Shown: positions 35,191 to 49,206, counted from the first letter of the whole stretch. The stretch: DNA of 63,867 bases, filler included, from Choristocarpus tenellus KU-1152 (GCA_964200185.2; 10 parts of 10 records of this genome joined end to end with filler, not necessarily neighbours in it); one strand, 5' to 3'. Translations and numbers: made by a program. Notes: generated by a model not told the origin, from the letters alone.

Positions 35191-38100
35191 GTAAAATTTA
35201 AATTTAAATTAAACAAAAGTTGCTCATAAAGTTGGTTGCTGTGTGCGTACAATGTACGCCTCTCCCTCTGCTGAAACTCCCAGAATATGAGTACAGTGTA
35301 GGGTTAGGGTTAGGGTTATTGGCGTAGTAGTGGTAAAATGAAGATTTGATGTGTGTGTGTGTAATAATGTTGTTAGGGTTAGGGTTAGGGTTAGGGCTGC
35401 AACAGTACATTGCTCACTATACCACAACCTTGGTTTGATTCTATCTATTTAGTGTGTATTTGTTGACTGGATTTTTTTTTTATTTGGTTGATTAATATGT
35501 GCTCGTTTGCTGCATGGTGGAATGATTATGGTTGAAATTTTGGTGTGTGTTTTAGGAAAAGCCACAAAAAAAAACAATGTGGTTGGAACCCATGGTCAGA
35601 TAAACCAGTAACAGCAAGGTAATGTCAACATGTTTTATCTAAATAACTATACATAGAATTAGATGCAAGAGCAGATACATCTATTTTTTTTAAAAGAAGG
35701 AAGAAAAATACGCAGAAGGGTGTTTAAAAAGAAATTTATTCATATACTCACGTTAGTATATTATATTCATGTGATACAAATTTCATCTACAAACTCCTTT
35801 TTTCTTGTATAATGCCCCTTCCCAAAGAAATGAAAACTTGTATGCTCACCCCCCNNNNNNNNNNNNNNNNNNNNNNNNNNNNNNNNNNNNNNNNNNNNTT
35901 AATTAATTAANNNNNNNNNNNNNNNNNNNNNNNNNNNNNNNNNNNNNNNNNNNNAAAACATCCTATACCTTCTTTAGGAGTCACCCCCCTAATACCCCCC
36001 CCCCCCCCCGCAAGTGAAAGGACACGAAAAATGTAGGGTTACGGAGGAGGAAGACACGCACATCTTTTGTGCAAAAGTTTACATTTTTATGGTGAGGGCG
36101 CAGGGGTTGGAGAGGGGCAGTTAAGTATGCGAGGAAATCACCTTTATTATTATTTTCGTGTGCAAAACAAAGGAGGTGAGGCAGGGGGCCAGGGGGGGGG
36201 GGGCTGTTGAGATGTAACCGTGCTTATTTTTCAAGCATGGGGTAGTCAAGGAGGAAGTTTGAGCACTTGGAGAGGACCACAGTATCTATCATCTTAGGGG
36301 TGGGTAGAAAGACGAAATGTTGTGAATTTACTCTTAACCTAAACCTAAACCTGATCCAACTGGCTCCTCATAGCTCAACGATGGATTTATTCAATTTATG
36401 AGCATTCCAACATAATATAGTGTTGTATTTCTGTACTAAAAATCTCTTGTGATCTGAAGGCATAATACCCCTCATTTAGCCACCCCCCCCCCCTTGTAAG
36501 CTATCTCTGGAGACAGCCACATGTTGAGCTCAGTCAATATATCATGAAAATTTCTTAACATGTACAAAAAAATATATGCCCCCTTCGTCACTGATTTCCA
36601 GTCAACCCCCCCACTTGATGACACATAATACATAGTATTTACATTACAACAGCAATGCAGTGAGGAATACAATCCCTAAGAAGCATCACCTGCAAGGCAG
36701 CTACTGAGTGAGGGCAGCTAAAAGCTTCTGATATGATAAAAAGAGAGAGGAAAGCATCCCACGCATGAAGTGCGAGGATGGTGAAGCCCTCGATGCAGAC
36801 AAACCACATCAGAGAGTCATGAGAGGAATTTACCTAACCGCAGATGACATCTCTTACCCTGCAAGTTGACACCTTCCAGTTGATTACCTTCCCGTCGAGG
36901 ACTGTCCCGAGGATGAGGACTGTCCTGCTGCCCTTGACTATTAACATTGTTTGCCTGCATGATGGAATGGTGACCCTAAATGTGATAAGGGCGCCAAGAT
37001 GAAGATTGACGCATATGTGGTGGAAAGTAGAGGACAAATACAAAATCTCCTGCTATCGTGAAACTTCCCTCTTGGAGCGATTATGACAGGGTTTGCTAAG
37101 TGCAAACTCGCAGTATACATTGATAGGAGAGGTCAATCCTCCGTCAGGCAAGAGGGGAAGCAGCATAGGATGATACCCCTCCCATCATAGGCACGTCTTG
37201 TATACCACAACTGCCCATAGAGAGCAACATGCGATGACCCTCGATCTCGCCTCACCTTTGCTACTTCTACTTTGTTCTGCCGCGTACATAATCGCCACAT
37301 CAACCCCGCCAAAAACATAAAGGTCACCAGCTGCATCATATACGCCCCCACTCCCTATAAAAAAGCCCACGAAGGATGCACCGCAGGGGGGAAAGAGCAG
37401 GGTGCACAAAACGGGAAATGATACGAGTTAGATTTCTCGACTCAAAGTCTGGAAGAGGTATGGACCGTCTACAGAGTTTGATGGGAACAACATGGTCCTC
37501 CATGGACCCAAGTTGGACGTAGCATCTAGTATGAATCGTCCATGTGAGAGTGATACAATCTAAAAGGGGGGTGCAGTTCAGTTTTAAGGACCCCTATGAC
37601 ATCCTTGTGGCAAAGGTGTTTTGAACACTGTGGAGGGTGCTTTCGGCTAACGATGTGATAACAGCTGACCTTCTTCTACAGGCACACCCTCTTGGGGAGT
37701 TTGAACACATTTCAGGCATGCCATGGTACATATTACACGAAGGTTCCAAAATGTGTTGAATCTCAAAAAGTTCATAATTGAACCCCCTTTTACATAGTTT
37801 TACTTTGATCTTACACATCCATACGAACAAAACGTACCAATCCACCAGCTCACCCTGCCATAGTTTCCTCGCCGCTTCCCCCGGAGGTTATATTTGTGAC
37901 TGTTTCTATTATGCTTCCGCATTCTGGACCTTTGCAAATGTAAAACCTGATCACACCCTGGACGACCTTTCCTTCGCTTTCAATCCACCTGTGACCTTTT
38001 CGAATCTCAAGTTATATGTCAGAACTGTAACTGTTGCTTGCAGTCGAGGTCTAAATTTACCAGCAATGGCCAATGCCATCCAATGAATTTCGGCTGAAGG

Positions 38101-38759
38101 CACCTGAAAGGCGCGGCAGTGTTAGCAGACACCTTACATGCACTGGCCACGACTGCTCTGTATAAGTTTATTCGGCAATGTCCTTATGTACTGTAACTAT
38201 ACTTCCAGTGTCAATCTTTGTCGTTGGAAGAGAGTCAGTTAATTTCATTTGACATTATAGATGCACGGAACTCTGTCGTTCATCGTACAATGTTCCCGAT
38301 TTCTTCTGAGTGCATCATACCTACTACAGTATTCTGTACCAACTAACATTTTGTTTAAGTGTCAGGGGAAAAGCCAGACAAGTTTCATATGAACCCCTGT
38401 AAAAGTAAAAGTAGTTGATGTGAAAGGTATACCAAAAAATACATCTATTTGAATACCAACTACACTATAACACTCCCTCAAAGGATGGCAATTACAATAA
38501 TTGTTTCGGTGACTACGCAAGTAGCATTACCTCGGCGAGTCATGCGTTTTAAGCTAGAGTCACCAGNNNNNNNNNNNNNNNNNNNNNNNNNNNNNNNNNN
38601 NNNNNNNNNNTTAATTAATTAANNNNNNNNNNNNNNNNNNNNNNNNNNNNNNNNNNNNNNNNNNNNCCCCCACACACACACATACTTTGAGTCCGAAAGT
38701 GAAACATTGACTGAGCTAAGCATCAACTGACACCATATATGGTCATCATCTGCGGACCC

Positions 38760-38836
38760 TCGCGTAGCGTCGTTTTAAGGTCGTTGGATTTGAGTTGCAT
38801 ATCCTGTGGAGGTGAGTTCTGGGGCACGCTGTAACA
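38760..38836 (+). mobile_element. 3' end fragment of an LTR-Q LTR
   Basis: gtcgttggatttgagttgcatatcctgtggaggtgagttctggggcacgctgtaaca is nearly identical to 20293-20349. Confidence 0.8.
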
Positions 38837-39489
38837 CCTAATCAACAAACTCTGAGTTGATTAACATCACTCATGACTTCAGATGGGTTTCATACCAAAC
38901 TCCTCCAACTTATGGACTACAACTACACTGACTGGTTTGCCACTACACGTGCCTTCCTGGGTGATAAGGGCGATGTCGATGAGGCGTTGGAGTACAGGGA
39001 TGAACCCATCAGGTTGGATGACATAGATTTCATTAAGTTAACGTATCGCCCAAATCATAAAAAAGAATAAAGGTGATAAACCCAAGGAGATTGCTTGATG
39101 TCTGTAGAGTGATTAAAGCTAAGTGGGACATGCAGCACCCCATAAAACCAGAAATATTTCCTTTTATATGAGAAATGTTCTCATATAGCTAATCACTACT
39201 AAAAGGTTCTAATAACTTACTAACTAAAATGGTTGTTTTCTTTCTCCATATATACAGTTTAACACAACTGTTCGATAGAGTTGGAGGAGTTTAATCGAAC
39301 ACCCTCCCTAGCTCAAACAACTCTTGAGAACTGACAAGGTACAATTATGGATCCCAGGAGACTCCTCAGTTCAATCCTGTATAACAAGAATACAACCAGC
39401 TATTAAACTCACTGAAAAAAAAATCCAAATACAAAGAACTTCAAACTCAGCAAGAAAAGAAAACACTGAACATAGTCTAAATTTAGCAA

Positions 39490-39752
39490 AAGTTAAAATT
39501 ATCTTAGAGGGTAGAGCCGCGTCCATTTGGGGGCCAAAACCCAATGTTGCGATTTTGACGTAATTTTTGCTGTCATGCTTGTTAGGAAGTGCTCATCAAT
39601 ATCCTTGTTCGGATACACCTTTTCATAATGTACACTTTTTACCTACTCTAAAACATTTCGGTATAGGTAAAACGTCAAAAATAACCTGTGGGAAGTCAAG
39701 CCCCAAACGGACAAACAGGGCAAAAATCTCACCCTCTAAGATACTTTCAATC
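39490..39752. mobile_element. MITE family B copy nested in Copia; a further partial copy lies at ~39878-39998
   Basis: atcttagagggtagagcc...accctctaagatactttcaatc. Confidence 0.88.
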
Positions 39753-41483
39753 AAAGCCCCTGCATGCCTCCAAAAAGATTCTTCTGCTAAAGGGTTGGTC
39801 AATACATCTGCATGCTGCTCATCTGGGGTTTTATGAGCAGTCCCTATTAGTCCATTGGCTACCAAGTCCCTTAAGAAAACCGGAACAAGGATATTTACAC
39901 TTCCTAACAACTACGATAGCCAAAATTACATTGAGATTGCAACATTGGAATTTGGCCTTCAAATGGACACGGCTCTACCCTCTAAGATACTTTGACTCAA
40001 AAAGATGTCGAGCATCTATGCGCACTTAGTCTTCCCAGAACTCAAAGGGGTATTAGCTAAATGGATGGCCCCTGTGTTATCCTCATACACTAAATAACAC
40101 GATCCAGTCCAATCAGGTTGCAAGAACTCCAACACACCTCGCAGAAACGACTCCTTCACACAGTCCTCCATGGCCCTGTACTCTACCTCTGCAGTCGACT
40201 GTGCTATGATACGTTGGGTCCTAGAAACCCAAGTAACTGCTGCTCCCCCACACATCACTGCCCCCGCCGATACAGAACGTCTGTCAAGGACTCATTGGCA
40301 AAATCCGCATCAGCGTAGGTCATCAAATCCAATCCTGTGCCTTTCCGGTAGGTTAGACCCAACTCTCGCGTCCCTTTGAGGATTTGGATCACAGCTCTCC
40401 AAAGTATGCTCGGAGCATGTGAGTGACACACAACAGTTCTTAGTGCATTAGCCACATCTGGCCTGGTCATGTTGCTGACCCATATCAACCTTCGAACCGC
40501 CTCTCGGAAGGGACAATCCTTTGAGATATTGTCCCCCTCCCTAATTCCAAGCTTTCTGGAAGGGGCTGCAGGGATGGGAGCGGTTGATTGGATGGAAAAA
40601 TGTTCCCAAACGTTGTCAATGTACTTGGTCTGTGTAATGGAGAGGGTACCACGCTTCCAATCTCTTGCGTAAGTGCAACCAGAAAACTGAGACAATAAGT
40701 CAAGGGTTTTGGTGGGGAGCTCTTGATTCAGGAAAGCACAAAGATCATTGCAATCATCACAAGACGCCAAAACCATCATGCCATCAACATGAACGGCAAG
40801 CAACATCTTGACAACACCATCCTTCATGAGTCAAAATATACACGAGTCAATCAGACACTGCTCAAAACCATTGCGCTTAAGGGTGGAAACCAGCTTGGTA
40901 TTCCAAGTCCTAAAGGCTTGCTTTAAACCATACAGGGAACTGTGAAGGCGTACGGTCATATAGGAGAGATCTCCACATCCCTGTCGGAGGCGCATGTACT
41001 CTTCCTCATCCAAGTCAGATTGAATAAATGCCTGCTCCACATCTAGGTGCCACAATGTCAAGTCCAACTCACACATGCTATACTGGCCATCGATCTAACT
41101 GATGAAGGGGAAGGATTGGGAGCAGAGGTCTCGAAATAATCAAGACCATATATACTCCTGACCAAAACCCTGAGCAACTAACCTAGCCTTAGCCCCATTA
41201 AACATTCCAAAAAGGCTCACTTTTCCACTTGAACACCCACTTGGAACCAATGTCCTTACGACCGATAGGGTACATCTGCAGCACTGAAGGTACCTGTGTC
41301 CAACAAATCGCCGAACTCCTTAGACATGGCCTCTTCCCATACCAGCCAATATTCGGACTTTTGGGCCTCAGTATAAGAGTGAGATGCTTGTCCCAACTCA
41401 GAAACACGACAACCATACAGGGGGGTACTCATCAACACAGACTCGGGTGTGGGCTGTACAGCCAAGGCATAAGCAACACATTT

Positions 41484-41743
41484 GAGTGAAAGTAGTATCT
41501 TAGAGGGCACGAGTTTCGCCCTGTTTAACCGTTCGGGGCTTGGCTCTCCAGAGGTTTTATATGACATTTTACCGGCTCTGAAATGTTTCGGAGTAGGGAG
41601 AATGTGCAAATTATGAAAAGGTGTGTCCGAACAAGGATATTGAAACTTCCTAACAAAAATGATAGTTAAAATTACTTCAAAATAGCAAAATTGGATTTTG
41701 ACCCCAAATGGATGCGGCTCTACCCTCTAAAATACTATGAATC
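41484..41743. mobile_element. MITE family B copy nested in Copia pol
   Basis: gagtgaaagt..atcttagaggg...taccctctaaaatactatgaatc; interrupts sequence that is continuous at ~61520-61545. Confidence 0.88.
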
Positions 41744-42278
41744 TTGCCGACTCTATCAGACCGCAACATGAGAATGCAAACGTTTCTTGACAGATCCGCT
41801 ACCATCGCCTTAAGCTGCCGGAATTCTTGAACATATTGGGCCCTCCGCAGGAACAGGTAGAATCTCATCTCCATGTGAAGACATTATGAAATGACGGGTT
41901 AGAAACGTAAGGTCCAATATATTGTGTTAAAGTATCACCCAAATCATAAAATATAAAAAAAAAGTGATAAACCCAAGGATATTGCTTGATGTCTGTAGAG
42001 TGATTGATTAGAGATAAGTGGGGCATGCAGCACCCTATAAAATCATAAACATTTCCTTTAATAGGAGAAATGTTCTCAAATAGCTAATCACTAATATATA
42101 AGGTTCTAATAACTTAATCACTACTGGTTATTCTATTTTACTCCATATACAGTTTACTACAACTGTTCGATAGAGTTGAAAGAGTCTAATCGAACAGAAG
42201 ATTTCAGTGAAAATGAGGTCACCAAGGTCGAGAAGGCATACGATGTCCTGCTGAGAAGTACCAGTAGGTTTTACAGGT

Positions 42279-42539
42279 GAGTGAAACTATCTTAGATGGT
42301 ACGAATTTTACTCTGTCCATTATTTGGGGCTTGGCTTCCCATGTTGTTGTTTTTTATGACATTTTCTTACTCCAAAATGTTTAGGAGTAGGTAAAATATA
42401 TACGTTATGAAAAGGTGTGTCCGAAACATAGATATTGACACTTCCTAATAGACACGATAGCCAAACTTACATCAAAATCGCAACATTATAATTTGACCCC
42501 TAAATGGACGCGGTTCTACCCTCAAAGGTACTTTGGCTC
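42279..42539. mobile_element. MITE family B copy
   Basis: gagtgaaactatct...ggtactttggctc; 4-bp TSD aggt. Confidence 0.9.
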
Positions 42540-43066
42540 AGGTGCATTATACGCAATGCAGCATCACCATCAGAGGCTTGGAGGCGACTGAAGGAGCATT
42601 TTCTCATTCACTCTGATGAGGAAATAGCACGGCTCCAGAAAAAGGTGATGAACGTCAAAATGCAGTGAGGGTCCGACCCCCAAGTCACCTTCAATATGAT
42701 GATAGATTAGGTTGGGCCGATTGCAATGATGGGGTGTGTAATATCTGAACCAAGTTCTACGAATTGCCATGCTGGACTGTTTGGATGGCAACTATCCAAT
42801 CACAAAAGATTATCTTCAACATCATAATAAGGGTGAGTGTTCGAGGGCGTCGCTTCAAAACACCGCTTGTTCGCAATACTTCTTGCTCCAACGGGAAGTA
42901 GGTGATCGTGGGGAGCCAGGGAGCGCTCTTGCCGCTGGGATCATAAGCTCAATGAGAAGCTTCCAGAAGGTCAGTCGAGGAGGCGGCCTAGGTACGACTG
43001 GTCACCGTACAGACCCTGGTTTGACAGGATCCGGTACCAGGGAGCAGGCCAAGGCACTTGAAAAAG

Positions 43067-43249
43067 GACTCGAAGTATCTGGGAGGGGTGGCGGCTGTCC
43101 ATTTGGGGCCAATTTTTTGTGTGTCGCGATTTTTGGGTGATTTGGGTTGCATGCTTGGGATGTATAACGTAAGTGCACATTTGCTGCATATGTGGCCCAA
43201 ATGGACACACCCTGGTGTAGACTCCCCCCCCCCCCAGATACTTTGGGTC
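43067..43249. mobile_element. MITE family A copy
   Basis: gactcgaagtatctggg...cccagatactttgggtc; flanks aaag/aatg. Confidence 0.9.
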
Positions 43250-43435
43250 AATGTTGTTACAAGTGTGGATTGGTCCAAACATGCCGGTCCTTCCATATTC
43301 GAAGGATGGTGTCATAGCTGTGGGAACAAGGAACACCTGCAGCATGTTTGTCACCTGAGGAGAGCGACCCTGTTAAAGTAGACGGGCGAAATAGCTGGAC
43401 CAGAGAAGGAGTCAGCCAGAAAAGGAAAGGGAGAA

Positions 43436-43699
43436 GATCGTAGATTATCTTAGAGGGTAGAGACGCGTCCATTTGGGGGTCAAAATCCAATGTTGCGATT
43501 ATGATGTAATTTTTCCCTCGTGATTGTTAGAAAGTGTCAATATCCATGTTCTGGAACTCATCTTTTCATAAAACATATACACTTTACCTACTCCGAAACA
43601 TTTTGGAGTATTAAAATGTCATTTTTAAAACCCCATGGGAATCCAAGACCCAAATGGACAAACAGGGCAAAACTCGTGCCCTCTAAGATACTTTATCTC
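43436..43699. mobile_element. MITE family B copy
   Basis: tatcttagagggtag...ccctctaagatactttatctc. Confidence 0.87.
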
Positions 43700-43709
43700 A
43701 AGGTTTAAG

Positions 43710-44445
43710 ACCATGTTGGCCGTTGTAGCTGACAATGGCAAGGTAAGTCGATATGATTTAGAGATATGGTGTTTTGATTCGGGGGCATCCAATAGTGTGA
43801 CGAAAGACCAACGTACATGCATGACTTCACCACATGTCCACAAGGCTGCAACATGACCATGACTGACAACACATTAGTATCCATTACAGCATATGGCAAA
43901 ACGTGATATGGATTTCAATTGTAGGGGCCTTGATGAGTGGTTGCATGTTACTTTGGGGTCTGTTGCATTCGTCCCAGGTCGTGCATTTAATTTGCTCCTA
44001 TTCACACTCGGCTGGTATGACAAAAGTTGTGATCACACCAAGGGAACTGGTGTGGCGTACTATATATCTGATGGGGAGGGTCTTCTCCACTTGTTTATAA
44101 GTGGGACGGATCCATGTACAAAGCTGACCCTGAAAGATTACCACCCCCAGAAGATGCACCACAAATGTCTTGTCTGCCCCCTTTCACATCAACGTTTTTT
44201 TCATCGGATTTGAACCATGCTAGTGCGCTCAACCTCCCCCGAACAGCAAGAGAACAGTGAATCAAGCTATCCGGAAATCTAGCGTCGACAAAATGTATGG
44301 GGGTTTGCCAAGGGTTCTCGAAGCAGTGAACCCATCCCCAAATCTATCACTGTATGAGCTAAATGACCTTTCACCTGCAATTTCATTGACCTCATCGGAC
44401 CCAAGAAAATCCGATCTCTTGGTGGAACTAAGTACGCCTTGGCAA
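43710..44445 (+). mobile_element. Degenerate Copia protease/integrase fragment
   Basis: WCFDSGASN (Copia protease WxxDSGAS), VAFVPGRAFNLL, SLGGTKY-like integrase start; frameshifted. Confidence 0.65.
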
Positions 44446-44446
44446 T

Positions 44447-44498
44447 GACGCAAAGTATCTGGAAGGGGGGAGGGGGTCTGCACCAGGGTGTCCATTTG
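44447..44498. mobile_element. MITE family A left end, running into the gap
   Basis: gacgcaaagtatctgg..ggtctgcaccagggtgtccatttg. Confidence 0.8.
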
Positions 44499-45334
44499 NN
44501 NNNNNNNNNNNNNNNNNNNNNNNNNNNNNNNNNNNNNNNNNNTTAATTAATTAANNNNNNNNNNNNNNNNNNNNNNNNNNNNNNNNNNNNNNNNNNNNCC
44601 CCTGCAGGCGTGCCTCTCATTTGCAGGATACCATTCTTTTCGAGAGTGCTCGCTCAATTCCACACACCCAACTCATTACCCTGGTAGGTCCATTCCTGTC
44701 TTAAATTCAATTTTTTTATTCAAATTCAAAAGTCAACCGCCCCAAAAAAGAAAAAAAATGATGACAATCGATTCCCTGTCTGACCCGACAGAACTCAAGA
44801 GTACAAACACCGGTACATGACCCTAGCCGTCAGTAATGGTATTGAGCATTTCCAATCCCTAAGTGAGTTTAACTGCAACTATTGGCACCTAGCAAACACC
44901 TCCCAAAACCCCAACCCTAAGTGACAATAGTGATAACAAATCCCAAACTGGCATGATGTACGCTGAGCAGCTGCTGTTGCGAACCAATTATCCCATCCTC
45001 GGTCCCCCTCAGGACACCCCCAACCTCCACCTTAAAACCGCCTTAAGCCCTAGTGGTAAAAATACTTGCTCGTCCTGCAGCACCGGCCTTACTGCCAACA
45101 AACTGTTCAAACGAGGAAGAACGCCTTCCTCCTACTAGGAAGACTATCCCATATTCAGCCTATCGACACAATCTACAGCATCAGTGCAGCCACACTCATC
45201 CCGAACAAGACACTCCCATTTGCGACCCCACCCTCCCTCCCCCTTCCCGCCCCTACTACTGCCTCTTTGTTCCTTTCACCTCTGCAGCACGATTGCTACA
45301 AGTCACATCCTGCAACCCTGCTCAACAGCAGTAC

Positions 45335-45367
<33 letters not shown>

Positions 45368-48300
45368 CCCCTTAGCCGAAATCAAACACAAACCCAGAAG
45401 AAAATAAAATAAAATAAAATAAGAATTGAGTGCGTCGATCTGCTCTGGACCTGGAGCCACTTGGCGCAACTAAGGACGTGCGCGATGGGTATATACCCTA
45501 GACCGGTGCTCTCTTTTGTGCAATGTTTGGTCAAACTGAATGTGTAGGACGTTCCTCCGGGGGTGCAGAAGTTGTAGGTTTGGTGAGAGACTGCCCCCAA
45601 TCTGCCTCGGGGCTTCCGGCCCTCGCCCCTGTCGCGGACAGAAATGTAAGGATAATACAGATGTAGTGCAGGTCCTCCAGTGAGGCCAGTCTCAACGACC
45701 CCTATATCCCAAGATGAAGTGCTCCTCGGGGTTATCGGAAGCTGTGGGCATTTCCTATTCTTATCTTCCCCAAAACGTCGTTATGCCAGAGGTCTAGAGG
45801 CTGAAGAGGAAAAACTTGTGGGATTTGGAGGGGATTGAAGAGAGAGAGAGAGAGAGGTTGATGGTTTTTGGCCTATTCTTGCCGTAGTATTAATTAGCCT
45901 TAACCCTAATTTCAGTGAGGAGGAGGGTTGTGCTTGTGTGTGTGTGTGTATTATTTATTTTTTTCAAGGTTGCTTGCAACGGTACGATTGTGTACCATCA
46001 CGTCCTTTGTTTAACTTTAATTATCTTTAATTGATTTTAATTGACAGGTTTTTATTCAACGAGTGGGAGGGAAGATTGAATTTGTTGGGCTCTGGTCGGA
46101 TATTGAGACTCTGAATGAATGTGAGGGACTGCCCCCAGAGGTGAGCTAGCGGTGGGAGGGGGGGAACTGCCCGGTGGCAGCGCGCTTTGGAAGGGGGTAA
46201 TGATCAAGGACCTTTGGTCTTTGTGTTATTGTGTTGTTTTTAGTTTATTATTTATTTATTAGTTTTTTTTCCTTTTGTGTTATGTTGATGAAGAGGTTGT
46301 CTGTCTCTTGTTGAGTGTTGTTTGAAAGGTATACCTCATTTGTGTGATTTTTTCTCAGTGTCTTGTCACTTCGGTTGTGCCCAACTATAGTGTTACAGAG
46401 GCTAGAGTCCACATGCCCAGGGGGTTGTAGTATATACCGGAGGGGGGGGGGGGGGGGGGGAGTTTTAATACCGGTTTGTCATTTGGGGGTTGAGGGGGGG
46501 GGGGGGGTGGTGTGGGGCGTTTCTGTTTNNNNNNNNNNTTGTGTTGTGGTGTGTGTGGGGGGGGGTGGGTGTGTGGGGTGGGGGGGTGGGGGGGGGGGGG
46601 GGGGGGGGGGGGGCATGTTTGAATCCAGGTTGTCCATTTGGGGCTTGATGAGGTGAAGTGGTGTTGTAAGGTGCTTCAGTTTTGATGCCCGTTTGTTTGT
46701 GTGGGTGAATTACCCTCGGGGTATTGTTTTAGTCAAGGGGAATGGGGTTTGGTTCAGGGTTAGGGTTAGGGTTAGGGTTGTTAGGGTTAGGGATGGAAAG
46801 GGAAGGTGCGTTGAGATGAAGGAAATGGACATTGCACCTAACTCGTGACGCGTTATCTCACATTGAAGTTAGGGTTAGGGATGGAAATCACGATGCAGTA
46901 TATTGATGCTATGGGTCTGGGGTTTGTAGTAAATCCTTGAAAGTGCAAAGCAGTTTTTCAGTGGTTGTATGTGTAATGCGAATTTGAAATCGGCGATGGG
47001 AGTTTTCGAGTGCCTTTATATATCTAGGGGTCTGACAGTGGCCCTGACCACGTTACTCCATGTTGATTGCTCTCCTACCTCTGTATTTGATCTTGGAGAC
47101 AGTATTTGTAAGATTGTGTGTAGTTTCTCTCTCGAGGATGTGGGGGCATTATTTGCTGGGCTCACCTCGCCTATTTTGTAGAGGGCAATGGATGGAAAGA
47201 CTGTTCTAGTTGGGTTTTTTGGCTTCTCTGTTTGGTGTTGTGTCAAGCGATGTTTTCGTGGGACACGCCTCCCTGCTTTTGTTACCTCCATGTTCCAAGT
47301 GAACAATTTCCATGTGTTGAACATGGATGTGGGGTTGTGTGTCCAGAACTGGTGTTAATTTTTTTTCCCAAGAGGTTGGAGCAGCTGTTCCCCCGATGTT
47401 GCTGTACAGTGGCATATATGTCTGAAGTGTAAGTAAGCCCGAGGCCCTCATGTTCCTGATGACAAGCAAGTAATGCACCTCTACCAAATGCATCCTCTTC
47501 TTGTGGTCCAGACTGCACCCCGCTGGTAACAAGTTGGTAAAATATCTGCAGGCGCGTTTGGTGATGGGTTTCTGTTTTTTTTAATAACTTTTTTTGTGCT
47601 GGTTTATGTTTATGGTGTGATGTTAAGATCAGGTTTTTGGGTGTGTAGACTTGAGAGAGTAAACGATGTCTGATTCTTTTTTAAATTTTATTTCTATGCA
47701 TTGCTATTGGTCCTCTTATGTGTGAACCTCTTCGTTGAAGCGTGTCGGAAGCAGTCTTGCCCAATAGCCTGCTTCCAGAACAGGGTCTACCTCTCTCATC
47801 CCCTGTACCTGACTGTGGGATGCAGTGGTTATCCTCCAGTTTGAGAATATCATTGTTCCTATTCCTGCTGAAAATAATCACGCTGATGTATTGCCGTCCC
47901 CAGCATACAGATGATGTCTGAAACGTGGGACTCGCATTTGAATTGGAAAAAAATGTTTAACCACTCCGAAAAAAAGCCGCCCCGTTGAACTGCCTCCAAA
48001 AATCTGTTTTAACCACTCCAAAAAACTGTTTTTAACTCTTTTGTCCTTGCGACGACGCCTCATCCATTTTTGTTTTGTCTCATCTAGGTACTCACAGCGA
48101 ATCCAGACATCAAGACATTCCGGGATATATTTGGGGAGCTTGTAGATGAGTCGTCAAGGAGTGGAACAAAGAGGAGTGAGGAATGAGGAATGAGGGACGA
48201 GAGATGACGTGAGCCCTCAGCAGAGTTGAGTTTTTTTTTAAGAAATGTTCACACAGTGGCACTTCTGTTTGTTGTCCCTGCCCACCTGCCTCACTTGCCC

Positions 48301-48867
48301 TTGTGCATGTGTACCGGGATGGAGAACTCTTGGAAGTAAAAAAGAAGGGAATATTAAAATAAGCCTCCTTAGAATGTGTCCCATCATGAGTGGGGGGTCG
48401 GGGCACCCACCCCGTGTGTGATGAAGATGTTGGGTTGTGATGCTGCTCCGGAATGTGCAAATTTGGTTGAGTTAGGGGGGGGGGGGGAGGGGGCTGGTTG
48501 TCATGAGGATGTGTACTCTGGCGTGGAGTTTGAAAGAGGGTGTTGCAAGGCTTGAGTTCGCAATGAGTGTAGATGTTACGTCTTTCTGATTGGCTTTGAA
48601 GAGATCGGAATCACGTAAGTATAGACAAGGGATGAACCGTTTCGGCAAGTACTTGATAAACTGTAATGAAAAGGAAAATCGGTAGATGAAGGGTGTCCAC
48701 ACCTGAAGGGCGTGCAATCTTAATTCGATCAGGGGGGAGACGGGGGGGGGGGGGGGAGGTCGATCATNNNNNNNNNNNNNNNNNNNNNNNNNNNNNNNNN
48801 NNNNNNNNNNNTTAATTAATTAANNNNNNNNNNNNNNNNNNNNNNNNNNNNNNNNNNNNNNNNNNNN

Positions 48868-48937
48868 CAAAAAAGGGAAAACCCAAAAAAGGGTGAAAAA
48901 CGGACGCCGACCCCCCCCCCCCCAGATACTTCGACCC
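48868..48937. mobile_element. MITE family C right end
   Basis: gtgaaaaacggacgccgacccc cagatacttcgaccc. Confidence 0.8.
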
Positions 48938-48951
48938 TCCAAGAAGATTTT

Positions 48952-49206
48952 GAGTGCAAGTATCTTAGAGGGTACGAGTTTTGCCCTGTTTGTGTATTTG
49001 GGGCTTGGCTTCCCATGATTTTTTTATTTATTTTCCTACTCCAAAATGTTTCGGAGTAGGTAAAATGTATACGTTACGGAAGTGTGTCCGGAACAACATT
49101 GTTGACACCTCCTAACAAACACCATAGCCAAAATTACATCAAAATCGCAACATTAGATTTTGGCCCCCAAATAAACGTGTCCCTACTCTCTAGGGTACTT
49201 TGGCTC
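48952..49206. mobile_element. MITE family B copy
   Basis: gagtgcaagtatcttagagggta...ggtactttggctc; 4-bp TSD tttt. Confidence 0.9.

Larger units (their letters stand above)
39036..42196 (-). mobile_element. Internally deleted, degenerate Ty1/Copia retrotransposon with both LTRs (39036-39301 and 41925-42196)
   Basis: ~270-bp direct repeats; PPT gagctagggaggg adjoins the 3' LTR on the minus strand; RT/RNase H motifs IGSKWVFKWK, HLDVEQAFIQ, SLYGLKQA, VHVDG, TRPDVA, YADADFA, AQSTAEVEY, YEDNTGAI. Confidence 0.9.

Noticed and set aside
37185-37409. Kelch-like LYVFGG motif on the minus strand
   Set aside because: A single short motif with no other repeats or compatible exons found.
46430-46640. G-rich block suggesting a G-quadruplex array
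   Set aside because: Low-quality sequence around a 10-N gap, probably mis-called MITE A ends.
46900-48720. Possible non-LTR retrotransposon relic (HEGLGLTY resembles GGLGL)
   Set aside because: No RT core motifs were recognisable, so the call is too weak without a profile search.
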